Source: a bacterium (lineage in GTDB: Bacteria > Zhuqueibacterota > Zhuqueibacteria > Oceanimicrobiales > Oceanimicrobiaceae). Taken from it: 10,336 nt of DNA. Every line of letters starts with the position of its first letter. Positions within the stretch are counted from its first letter, which is position 1. Shown in pieces: positions 7,955 through 10,336 of the stretch. The notes beneath the pieces are model-generated. The model did not search any database. It worked only from the letters and a program-made list of their open reading frames with translations, and was not told the DNA's origin. A program made the position numbers and the translations under genes. The stretch lies in assembly GCA_046758365.1 (NCBI GenBank), contig JBHIAC010000120.1, positions 1 to 10,336 of the forward strand. Direction: 5' to 3'.

Positions 7955-8642
7955 ACGAGAAAAACGGTAACCTTCCGTACGAAACCTGTCAGTCCTGAAG
8001 ATGACGCCAACAATCCAGTAGATTTTATGTGAAATTGTAATGAAACATGCACTCATCAAATTCATGCCCTCGCAGATAGGAATGTAGGAATTATGAGTTG
8101 CATTGAGTGATAGCCAAGATTCGTTATTAATAATTCTCAGCCTATACTTGGCTCATCTTATGTCAGAATGGCATCAGAGGTTTGATTATTGAGAGATTAT
8201 AATTAATTTGGTTAAAATTCATCGTTAATACCCCCAAAAATATTATAATAGCCAAGCTTCTTCTGAAATCGAATTCTAAAGTAATTGAGTTGTGAGAACT
8301 GTTTAAATCACCTTGATAATTATGACATTCGATTATCCAACTATTAAAGCACTTAGGTGCTGCGCCAATTTTCATTATCTTTTTAATTCTCTTAAATGAT
8401 ATTACATGCAATTAAAGGATACTGCGGAATAATAATCTGCGTCGATTCGCATATCGTTGCGGGTAAATATGGCTATTAGATGACATGGAGGCCTCGCGAG
8501 GAATTAAACCAACCCAAAATAAGAGAGCAATATGTATAGATTCGACAAAAGATTTATATCTAATGCCAATTTAATTAACGAAAATAATTACTAAATATCA
8601 AAACATGGGATCTCCTTTTGGAAACCATTATTCTTAATAATT

Positions 8643-8670
8643 AAGATAGTAATTCTACTACAATAGTCAA
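8643..8670 (-). promoter_or_regulatory. Putative sigma70 promoter facing the TRAP operon
   Basis: TTGACT (8670-8665) - 16 nt - TATCTT (8648-8643), followed by AAGGAG (8617-8612) and ATG (8606). Confidence 0.4.
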
Positions 8671-8867
8671 TAGTTATGATAATAATTTCACTTATATTAC
8701 AACTTTTTAGATAGTCTGAATGATCATAAAAATTTATCGCGGTTACAAATACTCTCACTTAATCCACACATGCTTTTCATCGCTGTGATTAAATATTTGC
8801 AACTAATTTTCAGAAGAACCTTAAATTTTTATTTTAAATACACCAAAATTAAAGGAGGATTTGTATT

Positions 8868-9020
8868 ATGAAACGATTTACTATTTTTATGATATTTATT
8901 TGTTTGGATGCAAAGGCAATCTTTATTAATGAGGCTTTGCCAACTCGCGTATTGCTTTTATTCGCTCAAGCGTCGGTGGATGAGAATAATTCAAGAATAC
9001 ATATAAAGAATGTGGAGTGA
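8868..9020 (+). pseudogene. Orphan 5' end of a secreted-protein gene, or a small ORF (50 aa as read)
   Basis: Strong RBS AAAGGAGG (8851-8858), ATG at 8868 and a signal-peptide-like start MKRFTIFMIFICL. The frame then runs antisense into the 3' end of the M48 gene and stops at TGA 9018-9020. Confidence 0.4.
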
Positions 9021-10170
9021 GATTTGACAGGTTGTGCACTGAGAGTTTCTTTAATGCTTCAACCATTGAATTGTAATTTTCAATGGTTTCGACAGCAAAA
9101 CGATCGGCTTCATATTCGTTTTTACGAGAAAAGATTTGCATAAAAATTGACAAAATAAGCTCGATGGGGGCATAAAGCATGCCGAAGAAAATGAGGCCGG
9201 CGTAAATGGAAATATGTTCCATATAAAAGGCCGTAAATAATCCTTCGTGACTGATAAAGATAGATAATAAGAAAAACATTACACCCATGTGGATTATACT
9301 GATTATCATTCCTTGCAAAATATGCTTTTTCTTGTAATGGCCAATCTCATGGGCGAGTACGGCTACCAATTCGGGAACAGTATGTTTTTCGATTAAGGTA
9401 TCAAACAGGGCAATTCGTTTGTTTTTTCCAAAGCCGGTAAAGAATGCGTTGGTTTTGCTGGAGCGCTTGGAGCCGTCCATGACAAAAACATTTTGAAGGG
9501 CAAATTTTACAGAATGGGCATACGATATTATAGCTTTTTTTAACTCCCCGTCTTCCAGCGGGGTGAACTTGTTAAAAAGCGGCATAATCCAGGTGGGTGC
9601 AATAAAATCCACAAACAAAATAAATATAGTAGTAGCAATCCAGCAGTATACCCAGGCTAAGGCGCCGGCATATTGTAAAAAAGCCAACACCCCCGCTAAC
9701 AAAGGACCACCTAATACTACGGCAAGCATGAGTTCTTTTAAAATATCAGTTACAAATGTGACGGGCGTCGTTTTATTGAAACCAAATCGTTCTTCGATGA
9801 CAAAGGTTGCATAAATACTGAACGGCAGGGACAGCAAGGCTTTTATAAAAATCAAAATACCGATATAAGCAATGCCTGTTAAAATAATGTGTAGGTTCCA
9901 GCTTCGAACTATCTGATCGAGAAAATTGAATCCACCTGCGAACCAGAAGATTAGGGTAAGGGCAATGCTAAAAGTCGAAGTAATAAAACCAAACTTTGTT
10001 TTGACGCGGGTGTATTCTTGCGACTTTTTGTAAGCTTCCGCATCATAAACGCCTTCAAACTCTTCAGGCAAGTCCTCGCGAAGTGCTTTCAAATTGAGGG
10101 CTTCCGTGATGAGGCTTAGTAAATAACTAATAATAATGGTTGTTAAAATTATGATTGCATAGAGGTTCAT
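8926..10170 (-). CDS. M48 family zinc metallopeptidase (Ste24 / CAAX prenyl protease-like)
   Basis: Multi-TM N-terminus with FVIEERFGFNKTT; VMDGSKRSSKTNAFFTGFGKNKRIALFDTL; HEIGH (HExxH); SRKNEYEADRFA; YSHPPTLERI. ATG at 10170, with an alternative TTG at 10176. Confidence 0.95.
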   Translation of the reverse strand: MNLYAIIILTTIIISYLLSLITEALNLKALREDLPEEFEGVYDAEAYKKSQEYTRVKTKFGFITSTFSIALTLIFWFAGGFNFLDQIVRSWNLHIILTGIAYIGILIFIKALLSLPFSIYATFVIEERFGFNKTTPVTFVTDILKELMLAVVLGGPLLAGVLAFLQYAGALAWVYCWIATTIFILFVDFIAPTWIMPLFNKFTPLEDGELKKAIISYAHSVKFALQNVFVMDGSKRSSKTNAFFTGFGKNKRIALFDTLIEKHTVPELVAVLAHEIGHYKKKHILQGMIISIIHMGVMFFLLSIFISHEGLFTAFYMEHISIYAGLIFFGMLYAPIELILSIFMQIFSRKNEYEADRFAVETIENYNSMVEALKKLSVHNLSNLTPHSLYVFLNYSHPPTLERIKAIRELAKPH

Positions 10171-10211
10171 GGGCAATTTTCACTATTTATTAGGTTAAAA
10201 CTCTCTTTTTA

Positions 10212-10239
10212 AATTTAACAATATTATTTTTTTATTCAA
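10212..10239 (-). promoter_or_regulatory. Possible sigma70 promoter of the M48 peptidase
   Basis: TTGAAT (10239-10234) - 16 nt - TAAATT (10217-10212) with an extended -10 TG; very AT-rich context. Confidence 0.3.
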
Positions 10240-10336
10240 ATAAAAAATGAGCAAATTAGTTTGAACCTCTCGCATATGACCTTATTTAAAGTTTGTATCA
10301 TATGACCATAGGAATTCGTAATTTTAGTTGTAACTA

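Noticed and set aside
4557..7970. Short ORFs within the TRAP operon (4557..4832, 4812..5063, 4966..5226, 5268..5459, 5676..5861, 6304..6696, 6898..7116, 7107..7457, 7698..7970)
   Set aside because: Shadow ORFs of the real transporter genes, with no independent evidence.
8163..8411. 82-aa minus-strand ORF
   Set aside because: No clear RBS or domain motif, in AT-rich sequence. Not called as a gene, though it could be part of a decayed locus.
8492..8501. Palindrome CCTCGCGAGG as terminator or riboswitch element
   Set aside because: Too short, with no U-tract, and no riboswitch consensus recognisable around it.
8554..8569. Sigma54-like TTGGCA on the minus strand
   Set aside because: The required -12 GC dinucleotide is absent (AA at that position).
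9563..9814. 83-aa plus-strand ORF
   Set aside because: Antisense shadow inside the M48 peptidase.
8926..10176. Eukaryote-like CAAX protease as a novelty
   Set aside because: Ste24-like M48 peptidases are common in bacteria, and nothing unusual is visible in this copy.

Overview
Bacterial window in which all credible genes lie on the minus strand. From right to left: a Ste24-like M48 zinc metallopeptidase; an AT-rich intergenic region of about 0.9 kb containing two orphaned ribosome-binding-site/ATG starts that point in opposite directions; a three-gene TPAT-type TRAP transporter operon (TatT lipoprotein, DctP, fused DctQM); a spacer with a promoter, an inverted octamer tandem array and the C-terminal remnant of a minimal nucleotidyltransferase (MNT)-like gene; and a tightly coupled three-gene operon. 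That operon encodes a GMC FAD oxidoreductase with a 4-Cys cluster, a Gfo/Idh/MocA NAD(P) oxidoreductase, and an unrecognised membrane protein built from two internal repeats, each carrying a KDAPxEGF...KxFRS...ExYKTF signature. A nested REP-like palindrome lies at the left edge. The best candidate for an undescribed system is the GMC/Gfo/duplicated-membrane-protein operon. All family calls come from motif recognition by eye; no searches were run.
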